A stretch of 64,000 nucleotides of DNA from Candidatus Campbellbacteria bacterium. Lineage in GTDB: Bacteria > Patescibacteriota > Minisyncoccia > Phycocordibacterales > EsbW-18. The stretch spans positions 13,281-77,280 of the forward strand of contig JANLIT010000004.1 in the NCBI GenBank assembly GCA_024653945.1, in the 5' to 3' direction. This document shows, one piece after another, positions 30,549 through 40,340 of this stretch. Position 1 is the first letter of the stretch, and each line of letters starts with the position of its first letter. Position numbers and translations under genes: made by a program. The notes beneath the pieces are model-generated. The model did not search any database and had not been told where the DNA came from. It saw only the letters and a list, made by a program, of their open reading frames with translations.

Positions 30549-32063
30549 ATGACTGCCCTGCGTAACAAAAGCATAGAACGACCCCCTATTGTCGTTGTCC
30601 TCGGGCACGTTGATCATGGTAAATCGAGTCTTTTGGACTATGTTCGAAAAACAAACATCGTTGCCACAGAGGCAGGAGGTATCACACAGCACACAGCTGC
30701 GTACGAAGTAGTGCACAAAGACAAAACCGGTGCACTGAAAAAAATCACCTTCATTGACACTCCAGGACACGAGGCGTTTAAGGCCCAGCGCCAACGAGGT
30801 GCTTCCGTTGCTGACATTGCCATTCTCGTTGTTTCTGCAGAAGATGGTGTTAAAGCGCAAACAAAAGAAGCCGTGCAAGCAATTGAAGATGCGGATATAC
30901 CATACATTGTGGCCATCAACAAAATTGACGCCCCAAATGCAAATGTGGAGCGAACTGTCGCCAATCTTATTGAAAATAGTATTTTCGTGGAAGGTCACGG
31001 TGGCTCTACTCCCTACATTCCTATTAGTGCAAAAAAAGGAACTGGTATTGATGAGTTGCTTGAAATGATTTTACTTGTTGCGTCTCTTGAAGAACTGCAC
31101 GCAGAACCAGATGTGTCTGCAACAGGTATCATTATTGAAGCACACCGTGATGCACAGAAAGGAATTTCTGCCACGTTCATCATTACCAATGGAACTCTTT
31201 CCAAGGGCTCAGCCGTTTCTGCTGGAAAAAGTTGTTCACCGGTGCGTGCTTTGTACGATTTTAAAGGCGAACACATTGAAACAGCAAGTGTGTGTGCTCC
31301 AGTAACTATTATTGGATGGAATGAACTTCCAGAAGTGGGATCTGAAGTACACACGTTTGATAAAAAGAAAGATGCGGAAGCGTTCTGTGCTGAAACTGTT
31401 GAGACACACATAGACACACCTGTGGCTACAGCCATTTCCCCAGATGACACATCAGAACACGCGCTTGTTCCTATTGTTATAAAAGCAGATGTGTCTGGCT
31501 CACTTGATGCCATCGCACATGAAATTGCAAAAATTCAGGAAGAAAAAGTTGACCTCAAAATTATTCTTACGGGAGTTGGTCCAATATCTGAGAATGACGT
31601 GAAGCGTGCTGGTGGTGATGTGCGAACAGTGATTATTGGTTTTAATACAAGTGTGGAAACCGAGGCGCGCCTTAGTGCTGAGCGTGTTGGTATGACCGTG
31701 CACACTGAAACTATTATTTACAAACTCACCGAATGGTTGGCCGCACTGGTGGCACAGCGAAAGCCAAAAGAAACCGTGCAAGAGGTCTGTGGTCAAGCGC
31801 GCGTACTCAAACTTTTTAGTGTGGTTAAAACAAAACAAGTCCTTGGTGCACGTGTTGATGAGGGGGCGTTCCATGTTGGTGATACGGTGACCATCGTGCG
31901 ACGCGAAGAAGAAATTGGACATGGACGTATTGTTGGTTTACAAAAAGATAGAGATCAAGTAAAACAAGTTCCCACTGGAACAGAGTTTGGAGGACGAGTT
32001 GATTCTCCTACCACTATTGCAACTGGGGACACACTTATTTCGTACACGTCAGTAACACGATAA
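30549..32063 (+). CDS. infB: Translation initiation factor IF-2 (short, no N-terminal domain)
   Basis: GHVDHGKS, EAGGITQH, DTPGHEAF, KADVSGS. Confidence 0.95.
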   Translation: MTALRNKSIERPPIVVVLGHVDHGKSSLLDYVRKTNIVATEAGGITQHTAAYEVVHKDKTGALKKITFIDTPGHEAFKAQRQRGASVADIAILVVSAEDGVKAQTKEAVQAIEDADIPYIVAINKIDAPNANVERTVANLIENSIFVEGHGGSTPYIPISAKKGTGIDELLEMILLVASLEELHAEPDVSATGIIIEAHRDAQKGISATFIITNGTLSKGSAVSAGKSCSPVRALYDFKGEHIETASVCAPVTIIGWNELPEVGSEVHTFDKKKDAEAFCAETVETHIDTPVATAISPDDTSEHALVPIVIKADVSGSLDAIAHEIAKIQEEKVDLKIILTGVGPISENDVKRAGGDVRTVIIGFNTSVETEARLSAERVGMTVHTETIIYKLTEWLAALVAQRKPKETVQEVCGQARVLKLFSVVKTKQVLGARVDEGAFHVGDTVTIVRREEEIGHGRIVGLQKDRDQVKQVPTGTEFGGRVDSPTTIATGDTLISYTSVTR

Positions 32064-32066
32064 TCT

Positions 32067-32399
32067 ATGTCACGTCGAGAACAAAAAGAAGAATTGTTTG
32101 CACACATTGCCGCTGATTTCGTGAATCTTGAATCAAACCGACAGTCGTTGGTAACGGTCACACGCGCAGTGTTATCTTCTGATGAAAAACGTTTAAGTAT
32201 TTTTATCAGTGTGCTTCCTGATTCCTATGAAGACACTGCGTTGGATTTTTTGAAACGAAAAAGAAAAGAGTTTCGTGCATTTGCACAAAAACGTGCACGA
32301 ACACGCATCCTTCCCTTCTTCGATTTTGAAATCGATTACGGAGAAAAGAATCGCATCGAACTTGAGGCATTGTCAGATGACAATAAACCTTTAGAATAG
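32067..32399 (+). CDS. rbfA: Ribosome-binding factor A
   Basis: Follows infB; LVTVTR..LSSD, R..P...F..D. Confidence 0.85.
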   Translation: MSRREQKEELFAHIAADFVNLESNRQSLVTVTRAVLSSDEKRLSIFISVLPDSYEDTALDFLKRKRKEFRAFAQKRARTRILPFFDFEIDYGEKNRIELEALSDDNKPLE

Positions 32400-32406
32400 G
32401 TGAAGT

Positions 32407-32482
32407 GGCACGGTGGCGAAGTGGTAACGCGACGGTCTGCAAAACCGTTATTGCGCGGGTTCAATTCCCGCCCGTGCCTCCA
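32407..32482 (+). tRNA. tRNA-Cys(GCA)
   Basis: ACGGT-CT-GCA-AA-ACCGT, discriminator T followed by CCA. Confidence 0.95.
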
Positions 32483-32519
32483 GGAGGATTTGTTGTGTTG
32501 GGAATTAAATGCCGGATTT

Positions 32520-32600
32520 GGGCCAGTGGTGGAATGGTATACACGCACGACTTAAGATCGTGTCTCGTATGAGATGTGGGTTCGAGTCCCACCTGGCCCA
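32520..32600 (+). tRNA. tRNA-Leu(TAA)
   Basis: CACGA-CT-TAA-GA-TCGTG, long variable arm. Confidence 0.95.
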
Positions 32601-32713
32601 CAAAGCGAAGCTTTGTCGTGTGGGACGAGAAAGTCGCAGACCGACGGGCCGAGACGGGGCTGCAAAATTTTTCAGCAGAAAAATATTTGTGGCCGAGTCC
32701 CACCTGGCCCACA
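32601..32713 (+). repeat. tRNA-Leu(TAA) downstream element with 20-bp 3'-end duplicate
   Basis: cgagtcccacctggcccaca repeated at 32694-32713; gtgggacgagaa is a partial anti-T-arm. Confidence 0.8.
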
Positions 32714-32801
32714 CCATAAGAAACAACAGTGAGAGAAATTTTTAAAAAAGAAAAAACTGATACAATGTATCAATCTAACATCATTTTAAAACACCTAGAA
32801 A

Positions 32802-33662
32802 ATGGAATCTTTCGAAAAAAATAATCAACTTAGTTACGAAAAAAAAACTCTTTTAACTGAGAGGGACAGGGAGGTTGTAAAAGAAAGTCTTGAAACGCTT
32901 TTGCATAAATTTAGAGATATTCCAAATGAAAAACTGCCAACAGTGGTAGCATTCTTAGAAACCTCAACTCGACCCGCAGTTTACGCTGTAAAACCAATTT
33001 TTAAAAAAATTTATAAAGAGGCCCAATTGAATGAACCTAAAATTCAATTTTTGACCACTTTTAGAAGTATCGACAAGACCTCCCTTGGCCACATATTTAC
33101 AGAAAAATTTTTTTATGAACTAGAAAATGGAAAATCGTTTGAAGAAGCCCTAAAAGAAGCCCGAGACAGGTCTCTTTCTGATGGGGCCAGTGAAGAAATG
33201 CTCGAGTCTTATACTGACAAAATAATCGACCACTACCTAACACTAATGGAGAAACTTAAGACCCTACTTGAATCGTCAAATGACGGTCCTGTACTAATTT
33301 TTGACGATTATATTTTTAGTATGGCTTCCTACAACCAAATAGTTGGAGCTTTGAAGGCTTTGGAAGTTCCTCCCGGTAGGGTTACTTTCTTTGCAATGTA
33401 TGGCTGGGCTGGTAAAGAGCCCCTTGAAAAAGCAGCTTCCCCAGATGTTCCTATCTGGGTTGGATCAGATATCAAAAAAGATGAAACTTGGTCTGGTTTT
33501 TCATACAGAAGAAATCCAGAGAAGTCAAAATACCTCGGTGTGGCAAAAAACTTCCCAAATGTTACGGAGAAAATATCGTCTGAGGAAAGGGATTCTGAAA
33601 AAATGAAAGAGCTGAGACAAATATTTAGTAATTTGGGCGAAGAAGTTTCTCGAGAGCCTTAA
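32802..33662 (+). CDS. Hypothetical protein with a PRTase-like motif
   Basis: Long ORF; VLIFDDYIFS resembles a PRPP-binding loop. Confidence 0.55.
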   Translation: MESFEKNNQLSYEKKTLLTERDREVVKESLETLLHKFRDIPNEKLPTVVAFLETSTRPAVYAVKPIFKKIYKEAQLNEPKIQFLTTFRSIDKTSLGHIFTEKFFYELENGKSFEEALKEARDRSLSDGASEEMLESYTDKIIDHYLTLMEKLKTLLESSNDGPVLIFDDYIFSMASYNQIVGALKALEVPPGRVTFFAMYGWAGKEPLEKAASPDVPIWVGSDIKKDETWSGFSYRRNPEKSKYLGVAKNFPNVTEKISSEERDSEKMKELRQIFSNLGEEVSREP

Positions 33663-33684
33663 TAGCTGTTTTTAAATATAACGT

Positions 33685-34629
33685 ATGAGAGAATACCCAA
33701 AAAATCCGGAGATAGAATCAATCGATCAAATTCCAACTATAAAATCTGGATCTTTGATTATTGAGAGAGGAAAAACAGAACAACTTGAGAATTTACCCGA
33801 AAACAGTATAGCCCTTGATGGGTATGTTCAAGGTCCATTATTTGATCTTGAACACAATAAGTTTTCATTTGATCACCACGATAATGTAAATAGACAAATT
33901 ACTCGCGCAAGCTGTCAACAAATAGCTGATGCACTACTGCTTGGTTTTGAACCCAAAGAATCAAATATTTATGTTAATGATATTGACGGAGACACCGTTT
34001 TATCCGTGTGGCTACTTCGACACCCTAAAATGGTGAATGATCCGAGGGTCAGAATGTTGGTTGAGTCTGTGGGTGGAGTAGACGCGCACGGTCCAGCATA
34101 TGTACCGCTTGATTCAGAGCTTGCCGAGAAATTTTATAAGGGAGTAATGAAACCTGAAATTGATACACGAAGGAATAGAACATACGCTCAGACTGACTTA
34201 AATACTTTATTAGAAGAATGTCTAAAAAATGTGGACGCCTTGGTGGCAGGAACATTGGTGTATGAAAAACTAGAAGATCACAGGAGTTTTGAAGTTATAA
34301 AAGAAGGCACGGGATGGATTATGGTAGAGTCTAATGACTTCGTTTTTGATCTTGTATATAAAGCTGGCCATACTCGCGCAGTGGCAATGCAAAAACAACC
34401 GGATGGAAGTATTGCGTATACCGTTGCAAAAAAATCAGAACTTGTCAGCAATTTCCCAGTCGGACCAACATCAAAGGACGGGAGTATACTTTACGAGCTA
34501 AACAAACTTGAGGCAGGTTGGGGCGGAGGATCTACTATCGGTGGAGCCCCCCGTAATCCCGACGGATCAAGATCTCATTTATCTCCGGAGGAAGTTTTTG
34601 GTGCTATCGAAGATATACTCAATAAATAG
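33685..34629 (+). CDS. DHH-like phosphoesterase-fold hypothetical protein
   Basis: FDHH, NDIDGDT, GWGGGSTIGG. Confidence 0.55.
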   Translation: MREYPKNPEIESIDQIPTIKSGSLIIERGKTEQLENLPENSIALDGYVQGPLFDLEHNKFSFDHHDNVNRQITRASCQQIADALLLGFEPKESNIYVNDIDGDTVLSVWLLRHPKMVNDPRVRMLVESVGGVDAHGPAYVPLDSELAEKFYKGVMKPEIDTRRNRTYAQTDLNTLLEECLKNVDALVAGTLVYEKLEDHRSFEVIKEGTGWIMVESNDFVFDLVYKAGHTRAVAMQKQPDGSIAYTVAKKSELVSNFPVGPTSKDGSILYELNKLEAGWGGGSTIGGAPRNPDGSRSHLSPEEVFGAIEDILNK

Positions 34630-34717
34630 AGTGACTATTTTTATTTAATTACTTGTACGAGCGTTTAACTATTTACGGGTATAAACAAGGCACTATGTGC
34701 CGTGGGTAAGAATATTT

Positions 34718-34996
34718 CTATTCTTTTGGTTGTTTTTTATCTTTTTGATCCCGTATTAAATCAGCAATAAAATAAGAGTCGGCAAATTGGCCTCGACTAT
34801 TTTTATAGACAGTATAGCCGTCATAAATTAATCTGCCTGATGGAGTAAATCTGTCTTTTCCATCAAAAAAACCATGTTCACTTACCAGTTCCCAACCAAG
34901 TTCAGATGCACTCTTATCAAATTCCTCCGTATGGTTGTCAACGGATTTTTTTACCTCTTCATGCTCACTACTAGGCATTTCCATTTTATTTTCCAT
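34718..34996 (-). CDS. Hypothetical protein
   Basis: 92-aa ORF with ATG start in an AT-rich island. Confidence 0.55.
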   Translation of the reverse strand: MENKMEMPSSEHEEVKKSVDNHTEEFDKSASELGWELVSEHGFFDGKDRFTPSGRLIYDGYTVYKNSRGQFADSYFIADLIRDQKDKKQPKE

Positions 34997-35052
34997 GTTT
35001 ATATAAATTAAATTCGTATAATTAATAACGATTATACTATTAGTCTTATACT

Positions 35053-36027
35053 CTACTTACTTTCAAGTTTTTCTTTAATAATCTTGTCTAGTAAAACCGC
35101 ATACTCTTCTGGATTTAATGTGGTTCCCCCTTTTCCTTCAGGACCCTTGGCTCTTTTAGTACTGCCCGCATTCCACCTGCCACCAAAATCTGGCAAATTA
35201 AGGGTGTTCAGAGTTAGACCTTCAGGTGCTTTCATTCCTAATCGTATCTTTATCTCCCATCTTTCTGGATTATCTTTCATCGGACTTCCGAGAAGTATGA
35301 CGATTGCATCAGGTAAAAGGGCCGGCAACAGTCCTGCGTCAAATTTTTCATTTACAGATGTAAAATACACATCCCCGATACTATTGAATTTTCCGTCTGT
35401 TATTATTTCTTTTGCCCTTTTTCTGTCTTGTAATCGTTTGTTGAGCATTTGTTCCGCTTCTTCATCAACCGGTTCTCCTTTAAGGAGTTTTTCAAGATTG
35501 GTTAGAGAAAAAGAAATGCTTCTTTTATCTTGTAGAGATTGGAGTAGATCAGCAATTTCATTTTGAGCACCTGTGTGGTCAGCCGCAATTGCAGCCTCTC
35601 CAAATTTTTGATCTGGTGACAATATGCCTCTCATAATCGAACTTGAAAGAACACTGTCACAATCCACATGATTGACTACAACATGAACTGGTGGAATCAT
35701 CACACCATTTTTTTCAACAAATTGTATGGCTAGGTTAGTGCTAGAAATTTGTCTTGCCATTAAAGCTCCTGGCGCATGATGATCTATGTTTGTTACATCC
35801 TCCTGTCTATACCCGGATTCTAACTCCTCTCCTTTTTCAATATCTTCTACATAAAAATCACAAACTACGATAGGATCATCTGGTATAATCTCTCGTAATT
35901 CTGATATTGTAATTTTTGATCTTTCGGGAAAAAGTTCGATTGGTAATTTTTCTAACTTGTCAGTAAGTGGTTCTGGGTCAGAAATAGTATATCCTTGCTC
36001 TACAAAATTTTCTGGTTGTTTTTCCAT
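35053..36027 (-). CDS. DHH-like phosphoesterase-fold hypothetical protein
   Basis: IDHH, NHVDCDS, FGGRWNAGS. Confidence 0.55.
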   Translation of the reverse strand: MEKQPENFVEQGYTISDPEPLTDKLEKLPIELFPERSKITISELREIIPDDPIVVCDFYVEDIEKGEELESGYRQEDVTNIDHHAPGALMARQISSTNLAIQFVEKNGVMIPPVHVVVNHVDCDSVLSSSIMRGILSPDQKFGEAAIAADHTGAQNEIADLLQSLQDKRSISFSLTNLEKLLKGEPVDEEAEQMLNKRLQDRKRAKEIITDGKFNSIGDVYFTSVNEKFDAGLLPALLPDAIVILLGSPMKDNPERWEIKIRLGMKAPEGLTLNTLNLPDFGGRWNAGSTKRAKGPEGKGGTTLNPEEYAVLLDKIIKEKLESK

Positions 36028-36138
36028 ATGCTCTAATACTAAGCATATTATCTACCTTACACAAGTGCGTCTTAAATCGTGTGATTAAGTCCCACACCTA
36101 GAATAATTCTTTTTTATTGCTACAATAACGCTATTCCA

Positions 36139-36211
36139 CCACCCATAGCTCAGCTGGTAGAGCAGCTCCCTCTTAAGGAGACGGTCGTAGGTCCGATTCC
36201 TACTGGGTGGA
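36139..36211 (+). tRNA. tRNA-Lys(CTT)
   Basis: CCACCCA/TGGGTGG acceptor, CT-CTT-AA anticodon loop. Confidence 0.92.
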
Positions 36212-36372
36212 CTTTCGGTAGAAAGTCCTGCAAACTAGAGCGCACGGCGGTGCGCACCGCACCAGCAAGCCGTACCTGGTTCGCGCGAAGTGCGATACGG
36301 CTTACTGGGTGGACTACGAGTACTTAGAATTTTACAAGTGTAGCGAAGTAAAATACTTAGTAACTTGTGACG
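36212..36372 (+). repeat. tRNA-Lys downstream element
   Basis: tactgggtggact repeated at 36303-36315, followed by acttagaatttt...aaaatacttagt..ttgtgac, shared with the Trp and Glu elements. Confidence 0.7.
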
Positions 36373-36387
36373 ACTTTCACACATATT

Positions 36388-36472
36388 GGGCGAGTGGCGA
36401 AATTGGTAGACGCGCTAGCCTTAGGAGCTAGTGTCGCAAGACTTGGAGGTTCGAGTCCTCTCTCGCCCACCA
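36388..36472 (+). tRNA. tRNA-Leu(TAG)
   Basis: CTAGC-CT-TAG-GA-GCTAG, long variable arm, CCA encoded. Confidence 0.95.
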
Positions 36473-36577
36473 AACAAACAGGAGGGATGCGAAGCATTCT
36501 TCCTGTTTTTGTTTTGTAGGTAACGAGAGGGGGCTCGAAATACGGCCCTACAAAGCCCTATTTTATGCATTCGTAGC

Positions 36578-36605
36578 TTGACAATCCTATTGTTTGTGAT
36601 ATACT
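36578..36605 (+). promoter_or_regulatory. sigma70 promoter
   Basis: TTGACA-16 bp-TATACT with a TGn extension. Confidence 0.7.
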
Positions 36606-36708
36606 GTGTCTCGGCAGTTCTTTGACATCATGAATTTGGAAATTCATCTCGCAAGGGATTGAATATATCAGAAAACAAACAACCTCACTCTCTCGAAAGG
36701 AGAACACC

Positions 36709-37560
36709 ATGGCTATCATCCGCACGGGCTTCGTGATGGAGCTCTTTGAGGCAGTCGCCGCCCGCTTGGGCGTCGACTGGTTGGTCGACAAGGGAAAGAA
36801 GTCAACCACCGAAACTCCATCAGCCACACAAGCAAGTGACCAGAAAGAAGACCGCATGGACTGGCACTTGCTCATCAACAACGACAGTGTATTGCCCTTG
36901 AAGAATCGGAAGATTCTTCATGAGGCAGTCGAGAAGTTGTCGCCAGACGACCGTGATCGTGCCGAGCAAGCTATCGGCAAGGTCCTCTCGGATGGGCGTG
37001 ATGGCTTCTTCAAGGCGCGGTCCGTTGTCACCATGACACAGAAGAGTTCCGAATCCCGTAAGGGGGACGACTCGAAAACCGTCAAGGAGACGACTGAGTC
37101 GTCGAAGTCAGGTGTGGCAAAGACAGTGAAAGAAACGACCGAGTCCCACAAAGGAGGCGACTCGAAGTCAGCACGTGAGCCAGTGACTCGGGAAGTATAT
37201 CCGAAAGGTTTTGAACCCGAGAGTCTCACCGTTGAGTTCCTCAGGAGCTCAACAAACTCACTAGAGGCGGCCGATCTGTTCCTCGCGATGCTTCTCCAGA
37301 AGTCTCGCACCCAGCAGGCACGAGAAGCTGCTAAGAAAGCGCTCGATCAGGTTGAGAAGTTTGTTGGGAACAAGCTCTGGTGGTTCTTCGGAACGTACCT
37401 TGCTCTTCTCATCATCTCTCTCGTCGGCTGGGTTGTCTGCTTCAGCGCAGTCATCACCAGCCCCGAAGCATTCTCCACGTTCATGTGGGGTCTCGTGTGG
37501 TTCGCCCTCTTCGTCGCTCTCTCGACGCCAATCGCAAAACTTCTACTTCCCAAAGAGTAA
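36709..37560 (+). CDS. Hypothetical protein with two C-terminal TM helices
   Basis: AAGGAG RBS; internal repeat K.GDDSKTVKETTES. Confidence 0.75.
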   Translation: MAIIRTGFVMELFEAVAARLGVDWLVDKGKKSTTETPSATQASDQKEDRMDWHLLINNDSVLPLKNRKILHEAVEKLSPDDRDRAEQAIGKVLSDGRDGFFKARSVVTMTQKSSESRKGDDSKTVKETTESSKSGVAKTVKETTESHKGGDSKSAREPVTREVYPKGFEPESLTVEFLRSSTNSLEAADLFLAMLLQKSRTQQAREAAKKALDQVEKFVGNKLWWFFGTYLALLIISLVGWVVCFSAVITSPEAFSTFMWGLVWFALFVALSTPIAKLLLPKE

Positions 37561-37570
37561 GGAGTAGGTC

Positions 37571-38431
37571 ATGAACGAAAAAGATTTGCCGAAAATCATC
37601 GGCGCACTCCTCTCAGGAGTAGTCCTCTTTATCCTCATGACGTACATGGGGGTAACGAACGGTTTTCTGAAGATTCTTGTTGTTGTACTTCTCCTCCTGT
37701 CGTTTTTCAGCGACAGGTTTGGAAATGCTGGCAAGAAGTTGCGTACCATCTTCAGCATCGCGACGGCTGTTGTGTTTCTCCTTTCGTGGGGATACACTGC
37801 AGCAACTGCAACATGGGGAAAGCACGAGCTCCAGGTGGCCATGCCACGTGAAATCTTTAACTCGGAGAGTCCTCTGCCGAAAGCAGGAGAAAATCCGACT
37901 ACGGGTGCCACATCGAAATTCATCCGTCTTCCCGACGGAACGCTCAAGCCCGTTCCACTTTCGTGGAAACGCGACCAGCGAACGGGGTTGGAGATCCCAA
38001 ATCCTGGGACCGTCGAGTACTGGAACCAACTCAACGAGTACAACGCTCAGGAAGCCCGCAAGACCACCACTCCGGTAGAGTACCGGTTTTGCTGGAGCAA
38101 GCCGAAGGAGGTCAAAGGTTACCGTCCAGACCTCCGACAGAAGTGTCTCCCTATGCGAATCAACGCATGGAGCGGTGGGTACATCAACATCTCCGTCTTC
38201 CACCTCTCAGGAGGTGAAACGAAGGAGCAGGTGTACTCCATGAATCGGCCCGAAGGGACCGGCACATGGAAGAACACCGACGGAAGTGGCGGACACGGGG
38301 TGTGGGAAGAGCTTCCCCTCCCAGAAGGAACCAACACAAAGATGTTGGGAAGACTCAAAGATGAGACCCAGAAGGACGACGGGTGGTTCAGTTTTGTCAT
38401 CACCCCAAAGTCCACCACCCCAAGTTCATGA
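37571..38431 (+). CDS. Hypothetical membrane protein with a soluble C-terminal domain
   Basis: AAGGAG RBS, N-terminal TM helices; terminator-like hairpin at 38476-38503. Confidence 0.75.
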   Translation: MNEKDLPKIIGALLSGVVLFILMTYMGVTNGFLKILVVVLLLLSFFSDRFGNAGKKLRTIFSIATAVVFLLSWGYTAATATWGKHELQVAMPREIFNSESPLPKAGENPTTGATSKFIRLPDGTLKPVPLSWKRDQRTGLEIPNPGTVEYWNQLNEYNAQEARKTTTPVEYRFCWSKPKEVKGYRPDLRQKCLPMRINAWSGGYINISVFHLSGGETKEQVYSMNRPEGTGTWKNTDGSGGHGVWEELPLPEGTNTKMLGRLKDETQKDDGWFSFVITPKSTTPSS

Positions 38432-38521
38432 TGTGCATAGTGACGTTGGTGGTCCTCACAGACCACCAACGTCGAAGGGCGCCCCTCGCGGGACGCCCTT
38501 TTCTTATACACTATCCATTTT

Positions 38522-38815
38522 TTATATTGGCGCTGTTACGGTTGGTGTAATCGCAGCTGGTGGATTTGGATTTGTAGCACCAATGGTACCTGTAATAATC
38601 TTAATGATCCCAAATACTGAAATCATAATGACCATCCCAAGAATTCCCCACAGCATATTCCGCCTCCCTTTTGCCTTACCATCATCACTTTCCGAATCAC
38701 GGATTGATTCAACAATTCCCCAGAAAAATATGACAAAAGCAACAGCAAAAAGAAGAAGGATAATCGGCTTAAGAATCACCGTATATCCAGTTGCAAGAAA
38801 AGTCTGGAGTGACAT
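38522..38815 (-). CDS. Pilin-like protein (VirB2/TrbC-like)
   Basis: FFWGIV...KAKGRRNMLWGILG. Confidence 0.75.
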   Translation of the reverse strand: MSLQTFLATGYTVILKPIILLLFAVAFVIFFWGIVESIRDSESDDGKAKGRRNMLWGILGMVIMISVFGIIKIITGTIGATNPNPPAAITPTVTAPI

Positions 38816-38827
38816 ACGGACTTACTT

Positions 38828-39172
38828 TTATTGAACGCCAGGTACTGGCAAATTACCACCTGTCGTAACTCCAACCTGAGCGGCAATGAAGTTAATAATA
38901 CCGACGATTGCAACCATCACGAAAAGCGCAATGATACCTCCAATCATAAGACCCTTGCCTTTCTTTCGAGCCTCATCATCATCTGAATTCATGATGAACT
39001 TAATCAACCCCCAGAAGAATACAAGGAGGGCCAAACCAATAACAATAGGCGTTGCGGTGTCAATCAATCTTCCAATTGCGGTAAGAATATTTGAAACACC
39101 ACCCAACTGTGCAAATGCAAACAATGGTGTGAATGCAGATGCGATAGCGAGACCTTGTAGAACTTTTTTCAT
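38828..39172 (-). CDS. Pilin-like protein (VirB2/TrbC-like)
   Basis: Signal ...AFAQ; FFWGLIKFI...RKKGK.LMIGGIIALFV. Confidence 0.8.
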   Translation of the reverse strand: MKKVLQGLAIASAFTPLFAFAQLGGVSNILTAIGRLIDTATPIVIGLALLVFFWGLIKFIMNSDDDEARKKGKGLMIGGIIALFVMVAIVGIINFIAAQVGVTTGGNLPVPGVQ

Positions 39173-39263
39173 ACGTAGTGTGTAATTACTTTTAATATAA
39201 TGCTAACAACTTAATACTATCACCAACATACCCGAGAAACTAGATACTCTGTCCCCAAAACCG

Positions 39264-39608
39264 TTACAGAGTTACCTTGGGAGGAGTGAACGGACCGTCT
39301 ACTGGGCTAAGACCGAGAGATGACCTAATAAATGCGACTAACCCAACGACTGAAAATAATACGAATAACGCTATCACCCCGTATATCATAATACTTTTCC
39401 CTTCCTTGGCCTTGTCCGCATCACCAGCACTGGTAAGATACTTTACAATTCCCCACATAAACACAAGAAGAGCGAGCGAGGCAATTATTGGGATAAGCCA
39501 ACCAACCCACACCCCCAAACTGGTTATAACACTCCCAACACTCTGTGCAAACACAAACAACGGCGAGAGTACAAGCACTGCAACAAGCGATGATATATAT
39601 CTACGCAT
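39264..39608 (-). CDS. Pilin-like protein (VirB2/TrbC-like)
   Basis: FMWGIVKYLTSAGDADKAKEGKSIMIYG. Confidence 0.8.
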   Translation of the reverse strand: MRRYISSLVAVLVLSPLFVFAQSVGSVITSLGVWVGWLIPIIASLALLVFMWGIVKYLTSAGDADKAKEGKSIMIYGVIALFVLFSVVGLVAFIRSSLGLSPVDGPFTPPKVTL

Positions 39609-39628
39609 AATGATTAAATTAATGACAA

Positions 39629-39925
39629 TTAAAATATTGACCTATAAAGCAGTTGCACAATTCCCCAGAACGAAAAAAGAATAAAGAGTGCGAGGATTCC
39701 ATACGTCATAATACTTTTACCTTCTTGTGCTTTTGCTTCATCACCGGCATTGCGTATGTATTTTACAATACCCCATATAAAGAATAGCACCGCAAGCCCT
39801 GTGAGCAAAGCAAGAATGGGATTAAGAAGTCCTGTGAAGAGTCCAATCAAACCAGCCAAATCTGTAACGGCAAAAGAAACCAGTGGCGCAAAAACAAGTG
39901 TGAGAAGTAGCAGTATTTTTTTCAT
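39629..39925 (-). CDS. Pilin-like protein (VirB2/TrbC-like)
   Basis: FFIWGIVKYIRNAGDEAKAQEGKSIMTYG. Confidence 0.8.
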   Translation of the reverse strand: MKKILLLLTLVFAPLVSFAVTDLAGLIGLFTGLLNPILALLTGLAVLFFIWGIVKYIRNAGDEAKAQEGKSIMTYGILALFILFSFWGIVQLLYRSIF

Positions 39926-40338
39926 ACAATATCTTGTTGGGTTGTTGGCGCATCTCTGTGGCCAAGTTGAGTAACGGTATTTTTAATAACATCTGAAAGA
40001 ATTTGTGCACCAAGAAGAACTGCCGCGCCAACAACCGTCCAGAGAAAAGTATTTTTTGCATCCGTAATTCCCTTTGGGTCCCCTCGCGCTTTCACAAACA
40101 AAAATCCTGAATAAATGAGGAAAAAGACGATGACAAAGTAACCAATATCTTTAACCGCTGTGACAATAATAGTGATGAGTGCAGGAATACTGGTTACATT
40201 ATTAAGTGGGTTCTCGATGGTACTACCTTCACCGCCCACTTGTGCAAAAATGACCATAGGAACCACAAAAACAAACAGTGCCAGAGCGAGAGACACAACC
40301 GCACGTATCTTTTTATTTTTTTGAAAAAATGTGTTCAT
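39922..40338 (-). CDS. Pilin-like protein (VirB2/TrbC-like)
   Basis: IENPL, IYSGFLFVKARGDP...AK. Confidence 0.8.
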   Translation of the reverse strand: MNTFFQKNKKIRAVVSLALALFVFVVPMVIFAQVGGEGSTIENPLNNVTSIPALITIIVTAVKDIGYFVIVFFLIYSGFLFVKARGDPKGITDAKNTFLWTVVGAAVLLGAQILSDVIKNTVTQLGHRDAPTTQQDIV

Positions 40339-40340
40339 AG

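Noticed and set aside
32601-36138. Prophage or integrative element at tRNA-Leu
   Set aside because: No integrase or phage genes; the tRNA duplicate is only ~110 bp from the tRNA
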